Origin: Mobula hypostoma
Lineage: Eukaryota
Direction of reading: 5' to 3'
Assembly: GCF_963921235.1 (NCBI RefSeq)
Contig: NC_086108.1
Span: 47,184,001-47,248,000, forward strand
DNA length: 64,000 nt
Every line of letters starts with the position of its first letter. The stretch's first letter is position 1. Under the pieces are notes generated by a model, which was not told the origin of the DNA, ran no database searches, and saw only the letters and a list, made by a program, of their open reading frames with translations. Shown here piece after piece: positions 12,313 through 25,369 of this stretch. The translations under genes were made by a program, and so were the position numbers.

Positions 12313-13479
12313 TTGCTTTCCAGTATGCTAAGCACTGATCTTGGCTTTACACCTCCAGTGCAATAATGCCTTCTGCCCCTACTTTGATGCTATCCTTCCT
12401 TTCTTAACTTTTCCAACCTCAGAAACTCCCGTTCATTAACTTAATCTCTATCTTAGCTGTTTGTCTCACGATCCTAACCTCATCGCTTGCCTGAACTCAT
12501 CAGCTCCTACATTGCTGTCCTTTGTTTTGATGACTCTCTTGACAGCCTTAAGTACTGCACAAAGACTGAAGTTGTCCAACTCATTTGTACTCTGCACCTC
12601 CCTCCGAGCTCCTGGGTTAATGGCTGAATATTTGTCCTATGTTCCTTGCCTGTATTCCTAACCTGCCTATCTTGTCACTAGGGAATTTATCCCTTTGGCT
12701 GCATTTTCATACACTAATTCCCTGGGAGCTGCAGGCTTGTTTTCTTCCTTTCCCACTATGTTCTGATGGGTTGTGTGCAACAGTTTGCACAGTTTGGATA
12801 TTCAGTCAAATTCCTCACTCTTTAATTTCCCTACAGAAGTCATTGAATTTCTCCTTGCTGCCTCGGCTGAGATCTTCTTTAGTTAGTCGGGAGGAGTTTA
12901 CGTTATAGTTGGGTAGGTCAAAGCAAAAGCTAATAGATGTGCAATTACTTCAGACGTGACATTCTACTGGAAGTCCCTAGAGAGGATGGGTCATAACTCA
13001 GGTTATCTGGGGAAAACCCACAATCAGTACAATGACATTGATCGGTGTAGTTCCACATCTACAAATTTTTAAATAACGCTGTGACATTGAAACTTTACTA
13101 TTTGATCTTTGTGCAACATTTACCAATCGTGAGTTTGATTTGAGTTGGCAGTTACCACCTGTCAGGCTGATAGCTATTCAGAGATATTGATTTGTGCAAT
13201 TTTGAGTTCATTTGGTTTGATTCTGTTTACTGTAAAAAGTATGAAATGGGGAATTGGCCAACGTGACTAAATAACACTGTAGCTGAAAGCACACAGCCTC
13301 AGCCCTTTCCCTAAATCCAACAGAACAAGGAATATAGTCATTCAGTTACAGTATAGCACGTTAAACATGTAGACACTCAGAGTCACAGAGCTACAGTGTG
13401 TTCATCTGCTTAAAAGCTACCTGGAATTATCTTGCAACCAGCTCAGATTATATTAATCTTAACACATAGCACACCTGTG

Positions 13480-15871
13480 GCCATTCCCCTCAAAAATAAG
13501 TAAACCGCTTTGGATACTTTTTTGGGGAATGACCTCCTGGGGGAATGCCATGGTGACAGGGTTACAGGCACCGAGCATGGGTCCGTGGTGCAGAAGCGAA
13601 AGAGAGAGAAGGGAGAGGTAGTGATAGGGGACTCAGTAGTCAGGGGAACAACAGGAGATTCTGTGGACGTGAATGGGACACCCGGATGTTATGTTGCCTC
13701 CCAGGTGCTAGGGTCAAGGATGTCTCAAATCGGGTCCACAACATTTTGGAGGGAGAGGGAGAGCAGTCAGATGTTTTGGTACATATCGGTACCAATGACA
13801 TAGGAAGGAAAAGCAAAGAGGTCCTGAAAAGAGAATTTAGAGAGCTAGGCAGAAAACTGAGAGGCAGGAGCTCCAGGGTAGTGATTTCCGGATTGCTGCC
13901 TGTGCCATGCACCAGTGAGCATAGAAACTGGATGATTTGGCAGACAAATGTGTGGCTGAGAAACTGGTGCAAGGGACAGGGCTTCTGATTCTTGGATCAT
14001 TGGGATTTCTTCTGGGGGAGGTTTGACCTGTTAAAAAGTGATGGGTTGCACCTGAATGTGAGGGGGAACAATATTCTTGCAGACAGGTTTGTCAGACCTG
14101 TTGGGGAGGGTTTAAACTAATTTGGCAGGGGTGGAAACCGGAGTGAAGGGGCTCAGGATAGGACAGATGGTAAAGAAGTAAAGATAGCAAATACAACTCA
14201 AGGTGTTGTATCTCAATGTGCGTAGTATAAGAAATAAGGTGGATGATCTTGTTGCACTACAAATCGTCAGGTATGATGTTGTGGCCATCACTGAATCATG
14301 GCTGAAGGATGGTTGTAGTTGGGAGCTGAATGTCCAAGGTTACAAGTTGTATTGGAGGGATAGGAAGGTAGGCAGAGGGGGAGACATAGTAAAGAATGGC
14401 ATCAAATCAGACATTGGATCAGAAGATATTGATCCCTTGTGGCTTGAGTTAAGAAACTGCAAGGGTGAAAGGACATTGATGGCAACTATATACAGGCCTC
14501 CCAACAGTGGCTGGGAGGTGGACCACAGATTACAACAGGAAATAGAAAAGGCGAGTCAAAAGGGCAATGTTATGATAGTCACGGGAGATTTTAACATGCA
14601 GGTCGATTGGGAAAATTAGGTTAGTAATAGATCTCAAGGGTGAGTTTGTTGAATGCCTAAGACATGGCTTTTTGGAGCAGTTTGTCGCTGAGCCTGCTAG
14701 GGATCAGCTATCCTGGAATGGGTGTTATGTAATGAACCAGAGGGGATTAGGGAACTTTAGGGAACCCTTAGCAACCAGTGATCACAATATGATTGAGTTC
14801 AACTTGAAATTTAATAGGGCGAAAGTAAAATCTGATGTAGCACTATTTCAGTGGAGTAAGGGAAATTACAGTGGTATGAGAGAAGAGTTGGCCAAAGTAA
14901 ATTGGAAGGAACTGCTGGCAGGGATGTCAGCAGAGCAGCAATGGCATGTGTTTCTGGAAAAAATGAGGAAGATGCAGGACATGTGTATTCCAAAAATGAA
15001 GAAATACTCAAATGGCAAAATAGTACAACCATGACTGACAAAGGATGTCAAAGTCAGCATGGTTTCCTTAAGGGAAAATCCTGCCTGATTAATCTGTTGG
15101 AATTCTTTGAGGAGATTACAAGTAGGGTAGATAAAGGGGATGCAGTGGATGCTGTATATTTGGACTTGCAGAAGGCCTTTGACAAGGTGCCACACATGAG
15201 GCTGCTTACCAAGTTAGGAGCCCGTGGTATTACAGGAAACTTACTAAGATGGTTAGAGCATTGGCTGATCGGAAGAAGGCAGCAAGTGGGAATAAGATGA
15301 TCCTTGTCTGGTTGGCTGCCCGTGACTGGTGGTGTTCCGCAGGGGTTGGTGTTGGGACCACTTCTTTTTAGGCTGTGTATAAATGATTTAGATGATGGAA
15401 TAGATGGCTTTGTTGCCAAGTTTGAAGATGATACAAAGATTGGTGGAGGGGCAGGTAGTGTTGAGGAAACAGGTAGGGTGCAGAAGGACTTAGATAGATT
15501 AGGAGAATGGGCAAGGAAGTGGCAAACGAAGTACAATGTTGGAAAATGCACGGTCATGCACTTTGGTACCGGAAATAATAATAGTACAGACTATTTTCTA
15601 AACAGGGAGAGAATCCAATAATCTGAGAAGCAAAGGGACTTGGGAGTCCTTATGCAGAACACTCTGAAGGTTAACCTACAGGTTGAGTCGGTGGTGAGGA
15701 AAGCAAATACAATATTAGCATTCATTTCAAGAGGTCTAGAGTATAAGAGTACGCACAGCCTCAGGATAGAGGGGCGTCCATTCAAAAAAAAAGCAGGGAA
15801 ATTTCTTTAGCCAGAGGGTGGTGAATTTGTGGAAATTTGTTGCCACTTGCAGTTGTGGAGGCCAGGTCATT
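13480..15871 (+). mobile_element. CR1 LINE with SGNH-esterase-type ORF1 and internally deleted ORF2; its 3' end resumes at about 18254-18432
   Basis: ORF1 motifs VVIGDS, PGARVKDV, HIGTND, DGLHLN. ORF2 motifs LYLNVRS, AITESWL, YRPP, GDFN, YLDLQKAFDKVPH, GVPQG. Confidence 0.9.
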
Positions 15872-18253
15872 GGATGGGGTAGAGTTTGTTAAGTGTGTCC
15901 AGGACGGATTCCTGTCACAGTATGTGGACAGGCCGACTAAGGGGAATGCAATACTAGATCTAGTACTAGGTAATGAACCGGGTCATCAGGTCTCAGATCT
16001 CTCTGTGGGTGAGCATCTGGGGGACAGTGACAACTGCTCCCTGGCCTTTAGCATTATCATGGAAAAGGATAGAATCAGAGAGGGCAGGAAAATTTTTAAT
16101 GGGGAAGGGCAAATTATGAGGCTACAAGGCTAGAATTTGCGGGTGTGAAATTGGGATCATGTTTTTGCAGGGAAATGTACTATGGACATGTGGTCGATGT
16201 TTAGAGATCTCTTGCAGGATGTTAGGGATAAATTTGTCCCGGTGAGGAAGATAAAGAATGGTAGGGTGAAGGAACCATGGGTGACAAGTGAGGTGGAAAA
16301 TCTAGTCAGGTGGAAGAAGGCAGCATACATGAGGTTTAGGAAGCAAGGATCAGATGGGTCTATTGAGGAATATAGGGAAGCAAGAAAGGAGCTTAAGAAG
16401 GGGCTGAGAAGAGCAAGAAGGGGGCATGAGAAGGCCTTGGTGAGTAGGGTAAAGGAAAACCCCAAGGCATTCTTCAATTATGTGAAGAAAAAAGGATGAC
16501 AGGAGTGAAGGTAGGACCGATTAGAGATAAAGGTGGGAAGATGTGCCTGGTGGCTGTGGAAGTGAGCGAGGTCCTCAATGAATACTTCTCTTCGGTATTC
16601 ACCAATGAGAGGGAACTTGATGATGGTGAGGACAATATGAGTGAGGTTGATGTTCTGGAGCATGTTGATATTAAGGGAGAGGAGGTGTTGGAGTTGTTAA
16701 AATACATTAGGACAGATAAGTCCTTGGGGCCTGATGGAATATTCCCCAGGCTGCTCCACAAGGCGAGGAAAGAGATTGCTGAGCCTCTGGCTAGGATCTT
16801 TATGTCCTCGTTGTCCATGGGAATGGTACTGGAGGATTGGAGGGAGGCAAATGTTGTCCCCTTGTTCAAAAAAGGTAGTAGGGATAGTCTGGGTAATTAT
16901 AGACCAGTGAGCCTTACGTCTGTGATGGGAAAGCTGTTGGAAAATATTCTTAGAGATAGGATCTATGGGCATTTAGAGAATCATGGTCTAATCAGGGACA
17001 GTCAGCATGGCTTTGTGAAGGGCAGATCATGCTTAACAAGCCTGATAGAGTTCTTTGAGGAGATGACCAGGCATATAGATGAGGGTAGTGCAGTGGATGT
17101 CATCTATATGGATTTTAGTAAGGCATTTGACAAGGTTCCACATGGTAGGTTTATTCAGAAAGTCAGAAGGCATGGGATCCAGAGAAGTTTGGCCAGGTGG
17201 ATTCAGAATTGGCTTGCCTGCAGAAAGCAGAGGGTTATGGTGGAGGGAGTACATTCAGATTGGAAGATTGTGACTAGTGATGTCCCACAAGGATCTGTTC
17301 TGGGATCTCTGCTTTTCATGATTTTTATTAATGACCTGGATGTGGGGGTAGAAGGGTGGGTTGGCAAGTTTGCAGTCAACACAAAAGTTGGTGGTGTTGT
17401 AGGTAGTGTAGAGGATTGTCAAAGATTGCAGAGAGACATTGATAGGATGCAGAAGTGGGCTGAGAAGTGGCAGATGGAGTTCAACCCGGAGAAGTGTGAG
17501 GTGGTACACTTTGGAAGGACAAACTCCAAGGCAGAGTACAAAGTAAATGGCAGGATACTTGGTAGTGTGGGGGAGCAGAGGGATCTGGGGGTACATGCCC
17601 ACAGATCCCTGAAAGTTGCGTCACAGGTGGATAGGATAGTTAAGAAAGCTTATGGTGTGTTAGCTTTCATAAGTCAAGGGATAGAGTTTAAGAGTCGCGA
17701 CGTAATAATGCAGCTCTATAAAACTCTGGTTAGGCCTCACTTGGAGTATTGTGTCCAGTTCTGGTTACCTCACTATAGGAAGGATGTGGAAGCATTGGAA
17801 AGGGTACAGAGGAGATTTACCAGGATGCTGCCTTGTTTAGAGAGTATGCATTATGATCAGAGATTAAGGGAGCTAGGGCTTTACTCTTTGTAGAGAAGAG
17901 GATGAGAGGAGACATGATAGAGGTATACAAGATAATAAGAGGAATAGATAGAGTGGATTGCCAGCGCCTCCTCCCCAGGGCGCCACTGATCAATACAAGA
18001 GGATATGGCTTTAAGGTAAGGGGTGGGAAGCTCAAGGGGGATATTAGAGGAAGGTTTTTTACTCAGAGAGTGGTTGGTGCGTGGAATGCACTGCCTGAGT
18101 CAGTGGTGGAGGCAGATACACTAGTGAAGTTTAAGAGACTACTAGACAAGTATATGGAGGAACTTAAGGTGGGGGCTTATATGGAAGGCAGGGTTTGAGG
18201 GTTGGAACAACATTGTGGGCCGAAGGGCCTGTACTGTGCTGTACTTTTCTATG
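15872..18253 (+). mobile_element. Younger CR1 LINE (5'-truncated ORF2) nested in an older CR1
   Basis: 465-aa ORF 16496..17893 with RT motifs. Catalytic FADD is mutated to FAVN, and there are frameshifts and a stop, so it is inactive. Confidence 0.93.
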
Positions 18254-18870
18254 TATTTAAGTCAGAGATTGATAGGTTCTTGATTGGACATGGCATCAAA
18301 AGCTATGGGGAGAAGGCTGGGAAATGGGGTTGAGGAGGAGAAAAATGAAGGATCAGCCATTATTGAATGGTGGAGCAGACTTGATGGGCTAAATGGCCTA
18401 ATTCTTCTCCTATGTCCTATGGTCTTACGGTCTAACTGTAACTCCAGAGTATATTAATCTTAACATGGAGAGGCTGAAGTCAGCTGGGAATAACAGACTA
18501 AATGCATATGCTAGGGAAAAATCTAAACTTCAAATATAATAAAAATAATATTGAGTAGAACTAAGATTATTATCACTTTGCTCACATGCAGATACCTCAT
18601 CCTGATATCCCACTGGAAGCATATCCCTAAAGCCACAAATACACTTGAAGAAAACAGATCAATATGCCACCAATAGATCTAGAATCTGTAAAGGTCTCCC
18701 TTAGACCTAGTTAGCACAGCAGAGCAGTTCTGATCTTGACAGTTACATTTTTGGTGCCAATTGACCTTGCGGTCTTCTTCAAAATAGTTTTGAAAGGCTT
18801 AAGTTCCAATGGCTGGGTCCAATAGTCCTGCATCCTGCCTTTTTAAAGTTCCATGACTATTTGAAATTAC

Positions 18871-19046
18871 CTTAAGAAAATGAAGATAGACTTTCTGAAG
18901 TCCACTCCATTCACGTGGTCATGGTGGTCAAGGTAAGGCTTGATGACATCAATAAGGCCTTGGTGTAGCTTCTCTGCCTCATCAAAAATGAACAATGATT
19001 GTTGGCATTTTTGTACAGCCGTCAGAATGAACTGCTGCAGCTCGGC
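18871..19046 (-). CDS. TOR3A: Torsin-3A-like exon 4 with Walker B (LFIFDEAEKLH) ...RKSIFIFL
   Basis: ORF 18867..19079. TTTCAG acceptor, GTAAT donor; 176 nt, phase 0-2. Confidence 0.95.
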
Positions 19047-19105
19047 CTGAAAGAAAGACAAATAACTGAAAATTTCCACCTTTTATCAAAGAGTCTACTT
19101 TCTTT

Positions 19106-19980
19106 CTCTCTTTAAATCTTTTTATTGAGTAAGTATACAAAAAAGGTAAGCCATATAAACATTAATACAATGTTAAAGTATAATAAAATTCCAAAAGATA
19201 ACAATACCAAAAAGAAAATACTACAAACAATGTAATTTAAGCATAAGAAACCAAAATAACATAATAGTATACTAGATTTTATATATATCAATAGAAAAAA
19301 AAACCCCCAAAAAAAAACCCACCGTGCAACTAACTAAAAGCAAAGCAAAGCAATGGGCTAACTTGAAACCAAACAGAGTTAAACTTAAAATCACGTCCTC
19401 AATCCCGACCTCCATTAAAACAGTGAAAAAAAAACAAGAAGGGTAAATATTACATTAAATGAAAATATCGAATAAAAGGTCCCCAAATCTGTTCAAATTT
19501 AAATGAAGAATCATGAAGGTTACTTCTAATTTTCTCCAGATTCAAACATAAAATCGTCTGAGAAAACCAAAAAAAGGTAGTTGGAGCATTAAGCTCTTTC
19601 CAATGTTATAAAATACATCTTTTCGCCATTAAAGTAAGAAATGCAATCATTCTACGGGCTGAAGGGGAAAGATTACTAGAAATTTTAGGTAGTCCAAAGA
19701 TAGCAGTAATAGGGTGAGGAGAGATATCTATATTTAATACCTTAGAAATAATATTGAAAATATCTCTCCAAAAAGTTTCCAAAGTAGGGCAAGACCAAAA
19801 CATATGAGTTAAAGAGGCTATCTGCCCCGAACATCTATCACAGAAAGGATTAATATGCGAGTAAAAACGCGCTAACTTATCTTTGGACATATGTGCTCTA
19901 TGCACCACTTTAAATTGAATTAGGGAATGTTTAGCACAAATAGAGGAAGTATTAACTAATTGTAAAATCTGCCCCCAATC
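19106..19980 (-). mobile_element. L1-clade LINE 3' fragment (zf-RVT C-terminus plus 3' UTR)
   Basis: IQFKVVHRAH...CDRC...LTHMFWSC motif. AATAAA at 19121-26. Perfect 15-bp TSD GAGTCTACTTTCTTT at 19091-19105 and 19981-19995. Confidence 0.9.
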
Positions 19981-20233
19981 GAGTCTACTTTCTTTGAAAT
20001 GTTGCTTACAACGTGCACCCTCATGTGGGGTGGAATAGTCAGACTCTTTTGAGCCTGTTGGTGAAATGGAAATATTTCCATTTCTATGGTACCAAAGAGA
20101 AAATCCTACCCATGATACCGAAGACAAGAAAGAGTCCACATCTTTTAGGTTTGGGTGAGATAAAGCAGATAAACTGCCAAACAATGTGTTAGAGGGGGAT
20201 AGAGAGCCAATCAGCTCTTTCTGAACTGCTTAC

Positions 20234-20499
20234 CTTGTAAAAATCAACCAGGCTGGCGTGTAGAAAGTGGAAGTGAGCAATATAGAAATGCACACACTCG
20301 CTTCTTAGTCCATCTCGGTACAGGTTGTCTGCTATCATTTTTGCCACAAAGTTCTTGCCGGTGCCGGACCAGCCATGGAAAGAAAGTGCCAGTGCTTTCT
20401 CAGGATTTTTGTTTACTATGAAACCTTTCACTGCTTTCATCACAACTTCCTTGGCCAGATGCTGTCCATGTAATTTTATGTTCAGGTCGTGGCTAAGAC
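20234..20499 (-). CDS. TOR3A: Torsin-3A-like exon 3 with LHGQHL and the torsin Walker A GWSGTGKN
   Basis: ORF 20189..20443 extended to a CTAG acceptor; GTAAGC donor; 266 nt, phase 1-0. Confidence 0.95.
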
Positions 20500-20689
20500 C
20501 TAGTGAGAAAACACAAAATCAAACCTTGAGGTACCTTTCAATTTCTTCTTAAGAGGTGAATCCATTCCCAAGGTGTCTATCTAAATGATGTATTTCTCAA
20601 AGCATCATAGCAGTGATGGCTCATTATTCTGGTAATAGTGAGGTACTTATTTACCACAGTTCTAATCTGATGAACTCAAAACCTGTAAC

Positions 20690-22648
20690 AGACAAGAAAT
20701 AGTTTAAAATTCCAGGGTAGATGTACCTCAAGAACTTCCAGCAACTTTTTTGCTGGGAGCAAAGGAATAAGCCAGTACAGAACCTTCAACTTGGTCAAAC
20801 TTCTCATCAGAGGGGATGGCGACAGAGCAGGGGTGGCTGAAGTTTCTGGGAATAGTTCACAAGGCACAGGATAGATATGTCCCACAGAAGAAGTAGTTCT
20901 CAAATGGCAGAGGTAGGCAACCGTGGCTGACAAGGGAAGTTGATAACTGCAGAAAAGCCAAGGAAAGGACGTATGTAAGTTAGCAAAAGTGCGTGGGAAG
21001 TTGGATGAATGGGAAGTTTTTAAAATGCAGCAAAAGGCAACTAAAAAACTCTAAGAAGAGAAAACATGAAATACGAGGGCAAACTAGCCAACAATATAAA
21101 ACAGATAACTAAAAGTTTTTTTTTCACTTATATATAAAGAGTAAAAGGGAGGTGACATTTGATATTGGACCACTGGAAAATGATCCTGATGAGGAAATAA
21201 TAGGGGACAAAGAAGTGTCAGATGAACCGAATGGGTACTTGCATCAGCCTTCACTGTGTGTGCCAGAGGCCCATGAGTGTCAGGGAGCAGGAGTGAGTGC
21301 CATTGCTATTACAAAGGAAAAAGATGCCAGGCAAACTCAAAGGTCTTAAGGTTGATAAATCACCTGGACCAGATGGAATATATCCCAGAGTCCAGAGAGA
21401 GTTTGCTGAAGGGATAACAGATACATTGGTCATGATCGTGATTTTTCAAGAATCACTTGATTCTGGTATGGTCCCAGAGGACTGGAAAATTGGGGCTGCA
21501 CATAAGGCTAGTTAACAAGATACAACCTTATGATGTTACAGGAAAGATATTGGCATGGATAGTGGAATGGCTGACAGGCAGGAGGCAGTGAATGGGAATA
21601 ATGGAGGACTTGTTTGGTTGGCTGCCAGAGACTAGTGTTCCTCAGGGGTCTATATTGGGACCACTAATTTTCACATTGTTTGTCAATGATTTGGATAATG
21701 GAATTGTTGGCTTTGTGGCAAAGTCTGCAATGATACAAAAATAGTTGGAGGGGTAGGTAGTGCTGAGGAAGCAATGTGATTGCAGCAGGACTTAGACAAA
21801 TTGGAAGAATGGGCAAAAAAGTGGCAGATGGAATACAGTGGGAAATGTACGATAATGCGTTTTGGTAAAAGGAACAATAGTGTGGACTATTATCTAAATG
21901 GGGAGAAGATTCAAACATCAGAGGTGCAGAGGGACTTGAGAGTCCCCATGCAAGGCTCCCAGAAGGTTAATTTACGGGTCGAGTCTGTGATAAAGAAGGT
22001 AAATGCAATGTTGGCATTTATTTTCAAGGGAAAATAGAATATAAAAGCAAGGAGACAATGCTAAGGCTTTGTAAGACACTGGTCAGGCCACACTTGGAGT
22101 ATTGTCAACAGTTTTGTGCCCATATCTCAGAAAGGATGTGTTGTCATTGAAGAAAGTCCAGAGGAAGTTCATGAGGATGATTCCAGGAATGAAGAGGTTA
22201 ACATACGAGGAGCGTTTGGCGGCTTTGGGCCTGTACTCACTGGAATTTAGAAGAATGTGTGGGGATCTCATTGAAACCTACTGATTGTTGAAAGGACCAG
22301 ATAGGGTGGATGTGAAGAGGATGTTTCCTGTGGTGGGGGTATCCAGAACTAGAGGGCACAGTCTCAAAATTGAGGGGCGACCTTTTAGAACAGAGGTAAG
22401 GAGAAATTTTTTAGCCAGGGAGTAGTAAATCTGTGGAATGCTCAGCCAGACTGCAGTGGAGGCCAAGTCCGTGGGTATATTTAAGGCGGAATTTGATCGT
22501 TTCCTGATCAGTCAGGGCCTCAAAGGATATGGTGAGAAGGCAGGTGTTTGGGGTTGAGAGGGATCAGGGATCAGCCATGATGGAATGGCAGAGCAGACTT
22601 GATGGGCTGAATGGCCTAATTCTGCTCCAATATCTTATGATCTTATGA
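20690..22648 (+). mobile_element. Degenerate CR1 ORF2 fragment with internal deletions
   Basis: DKSPGPDGIYPRV, WAKKWQMEY and LGLYSLEFRRM fragments; CR1 tail. Confidence 0.88.
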
Positions 22649-22704
22649 GGCATTTTATAAATGACAACTCAGTTCAGTGAATTAGTTGGTCCATTTGAGA
22701 TGCA

Positions 22705-24490
22705 TAGAAACAGAGAAACATAGAAAATAGGTGCAGGAGTAGGCCATTCGGCCCTTTGAGCCTGCACCGCCATTCAGTATGATCATGGCTGATCATCCAA
22801 CTCAGAACCCTGTACCTGCCTTCTCTCCATACCTCCTGATCCCTTTAGCCACAAGGGCCATATCTAACTCCCTCTTAAATATAGCCAATGAACTGGCCTC
22901 AACTGTTTCCTGTGGCAGAGAATTCCACAGATTCACCACTCTCTGTGTGAAGAAGTTTCTCCTTATCTCGGTCCTAAAAGGCTTCTCCTTTATCCTTAAA
23001 CTGTGACCCCTTGTTCTGGACTTCCCCAACATCGGGAACAAATCTTCCTGCATCTAGCCTGTCCAATCCCTTTAGGATTTTATATGTTTCAATAAGATCC
23101 CCCCCAATCTTCTAAATTCCAGCGAGCAGAAGCCTAGTCGCTCCAGTCTTTCATCATATGAAAGTCCTGCCATCCTAGGAATCAATCTGGTGAACCTTCT
23201 TTGTACTCCCTCTATGGCAAAAATGTCTTTCCTCAGATTAGGGGACCAAAACTGCACACAATACTCCAGGTGTGGTCTCACCAAGGCCTTGTACAACTGC
23301 AGTAGTATATCCCTGCTCCTGTACTCGAATCCTCTTGCAATGAATGCCAGCATACCAGTCGCCTTTTTCACCGCCTGCTGTACCTGCATGCCCACTTTCA
23401 GTGACTGGTGTACAATGACACCCAGGTCTCATTGCACCTCTCCTTTTCCTAATCGGCCACCATTCAGATAATAATCTGTTTTCCTGTTTTTGCCACCAAA
23501 GTGGATAACCTCACATTTATCCACATTAAATTGCATCTGCCACGAATTTGCCCACTCACCTAACCTATCCAAGTCACCCTGCATCCTCTTAGCATCCTCC
23601 TCACAGCTAATACTGCTGCCCAGCTTTGTGTCATCCGCAAACTTGGAGATGCTGCATTTAATTCCCTCGTCTAAGTCGTTAATATATATTGTAAACAACT
23701 GGGGTCCCAGCACTGAGCCTTGCGGTACCCCACTAGTCATTGCCTGCCATTCTGAAAAGGTCCCGTTTATTCCCATTCTTTGCTTCCTGTCTGCCAACCA
23801 ATTCTCTGTCCACATCAATACCATACCCCCAATACCATGTGCTTTAAGTTTGCACACTAATCTCCTGTGTGGGACCTTGTCAAAAGCTTTTTGAAAATCC
23901 AAATATACCACATCCACTTGTTCTCCCCTATCGACTCTACTAGTTACATCCTCAAAAAATTCTATGAGATTCGTCAGACTTGATTTTCCTTTCACAAATC
24001 CATGCTGACTTTGTCCGATGATTTCACCGCTTTCCAAATGTGCTGTTATCACATCTTTAATAACTGACTCTAGCATTTTCCCCACCACCGATGCCAGGCT
24101 TACCGGTCTATAATTCCCCGGTTTCTCTCTCCCTCCTTTTTTAAAAAGTAGGGTTACATTAGCCACCCTCCAATCCTCAGGAACTAAAGAGTTTTGAAAA
24201 ATTATCACTAATGCATCCACTATTTCTTGGGCTACTCCCTTAAGCACTCTAGGATGCAGACCATCTGGCCCTGGGGATTTATCTGCCTTTAATCCCTTCA
24301 ATTTACCTAACACCACTTCCCTACTAACATGTATTTCCCTCAGTTCCTCCATCTCACTAGACCCTCGGTCCCCTACTATTTCCGGAAGATTATTTATGTC
24401 CTCCTTAGTGAAGACAGAACCAAAGTAGTTATTCAATTGGTCTGCTGTGTCCTTGTTCCCCATGATCAAATCACCTGTTTCTGACTGTAA
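22705..24490 (-). mobile_element. CR1 LINE, 5'-truncated ORF2 with a near-intact RT
   Basis: ORF 23429..24691 (NYRPVSL, GVPQGSVLGP, KFADDTKL), followed by frameshifts; (TTTCTATG)n tail. Confidence 0.93.
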
Positions 24491-24789
24491 TTCTGGATAT
24501 GTTGGCAACATGAGTGGAAGCAGTGTGCATTTCCAGTTCAACCCAATATTCCTTGGCTCATGCTGTCTGTAAGACCACTCAGGCTGTCTGTGCGGGTTGT
24601 CAGCAGGAAACTCTGCTCCACTTATTCCTATCCCTGACATCACCTCAAAGAAAGGAACAAGCATCACATCATATGAACAAAACAGAATCAAGGCCCATAC
24701 ACCTTACAGTGAATAGGATATTTACTGCTCAGGTTTTATGGGTTGCTTCCTCCATTCATACAAGACTATAAATTAATTAATTTACAAAC

Positions 24790-24912
24790 CTGTGATGTTG
24801 TTGATTAACCGACAATCCCCTGATTCACAGCATTCGTGTACGTTGCAGTACCAATTCATTATCTCCTGATAGCTATCTTGGATTAAGAAGGACCAGGCCT
24901 CCAAAGTGTTTG
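24790..24912 (-). CDS. TOR3A: Torsin-3A-like exon 2, NTLEAWSFLIQDSYQEIMNWYCNVHECCESGDCRLINNIT
   Basis: Manual translation. TTTCAG acceptor, GTTTGT donor; 123 nt, phase 1-1. The WYC...CC..GDCR..NN.TG pattern is characteristic of TOR3A. Confidence 0.92.
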
Positions 24913-25369
24913 CTGAAATGAAAGAGAATGCTTTGTAATAGACTTAATAATGAGGTATTTTTGAACATCCTTTAAGCTTTTTTATTTAATAAAGCTAGTA
25001 CACACACACTGAAATAATGGCCTTCCTCTCTTTGATGCAGCTTTGTTTAATGGTGCAGATTAACTCATTGGTATGAAGTTTTGGAGATTGCATGGTCGGA
25101 TCTTCCTCGGTTTGGCTAATCTTGGCATTAAGCAGGCTGAAGTCGTTAGGGGACCTCCTCGTTAATGGTCGGCGCTTTGTCAGCCTTTAGTGGATTCCAG
25201 ATACTAGTTTGTTGTGGGGCAGGAAAAGATTCTGTAACCTGGAGCAGGGTTTGGAGCTGTAGTACGTAAGGCTTCCCCAGCTTCCTAGATACATAATTGG
25301 AAAGTCTCCAGGTATGTATTAATGCTGTGTTGCTGGAGGACATTGATGAGCTTCCACAGTGTTACCAGT

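Noticed and set aside
16496..17893. 465-aa RT ORF as an active or domesticated gene
   Set aside because: Catalytic FADD is mutated to FAVN, and it is flanked by frameshifts and a stop; an ordinary truncated CR1.
19606..20184. 192-aa ORF as a host gene
   Set aside because: It crosses the L1 TSD at 19981-95, so it is a chimera of intron sequence and L1 C-terminus.
23429..24691. 420-aa ORF as a novel fusion protein
   Set aside because: The N-terminal ~65 aa is chance read-through of intronic flank into a 5'-truncated CR1; no splice or promoter support.
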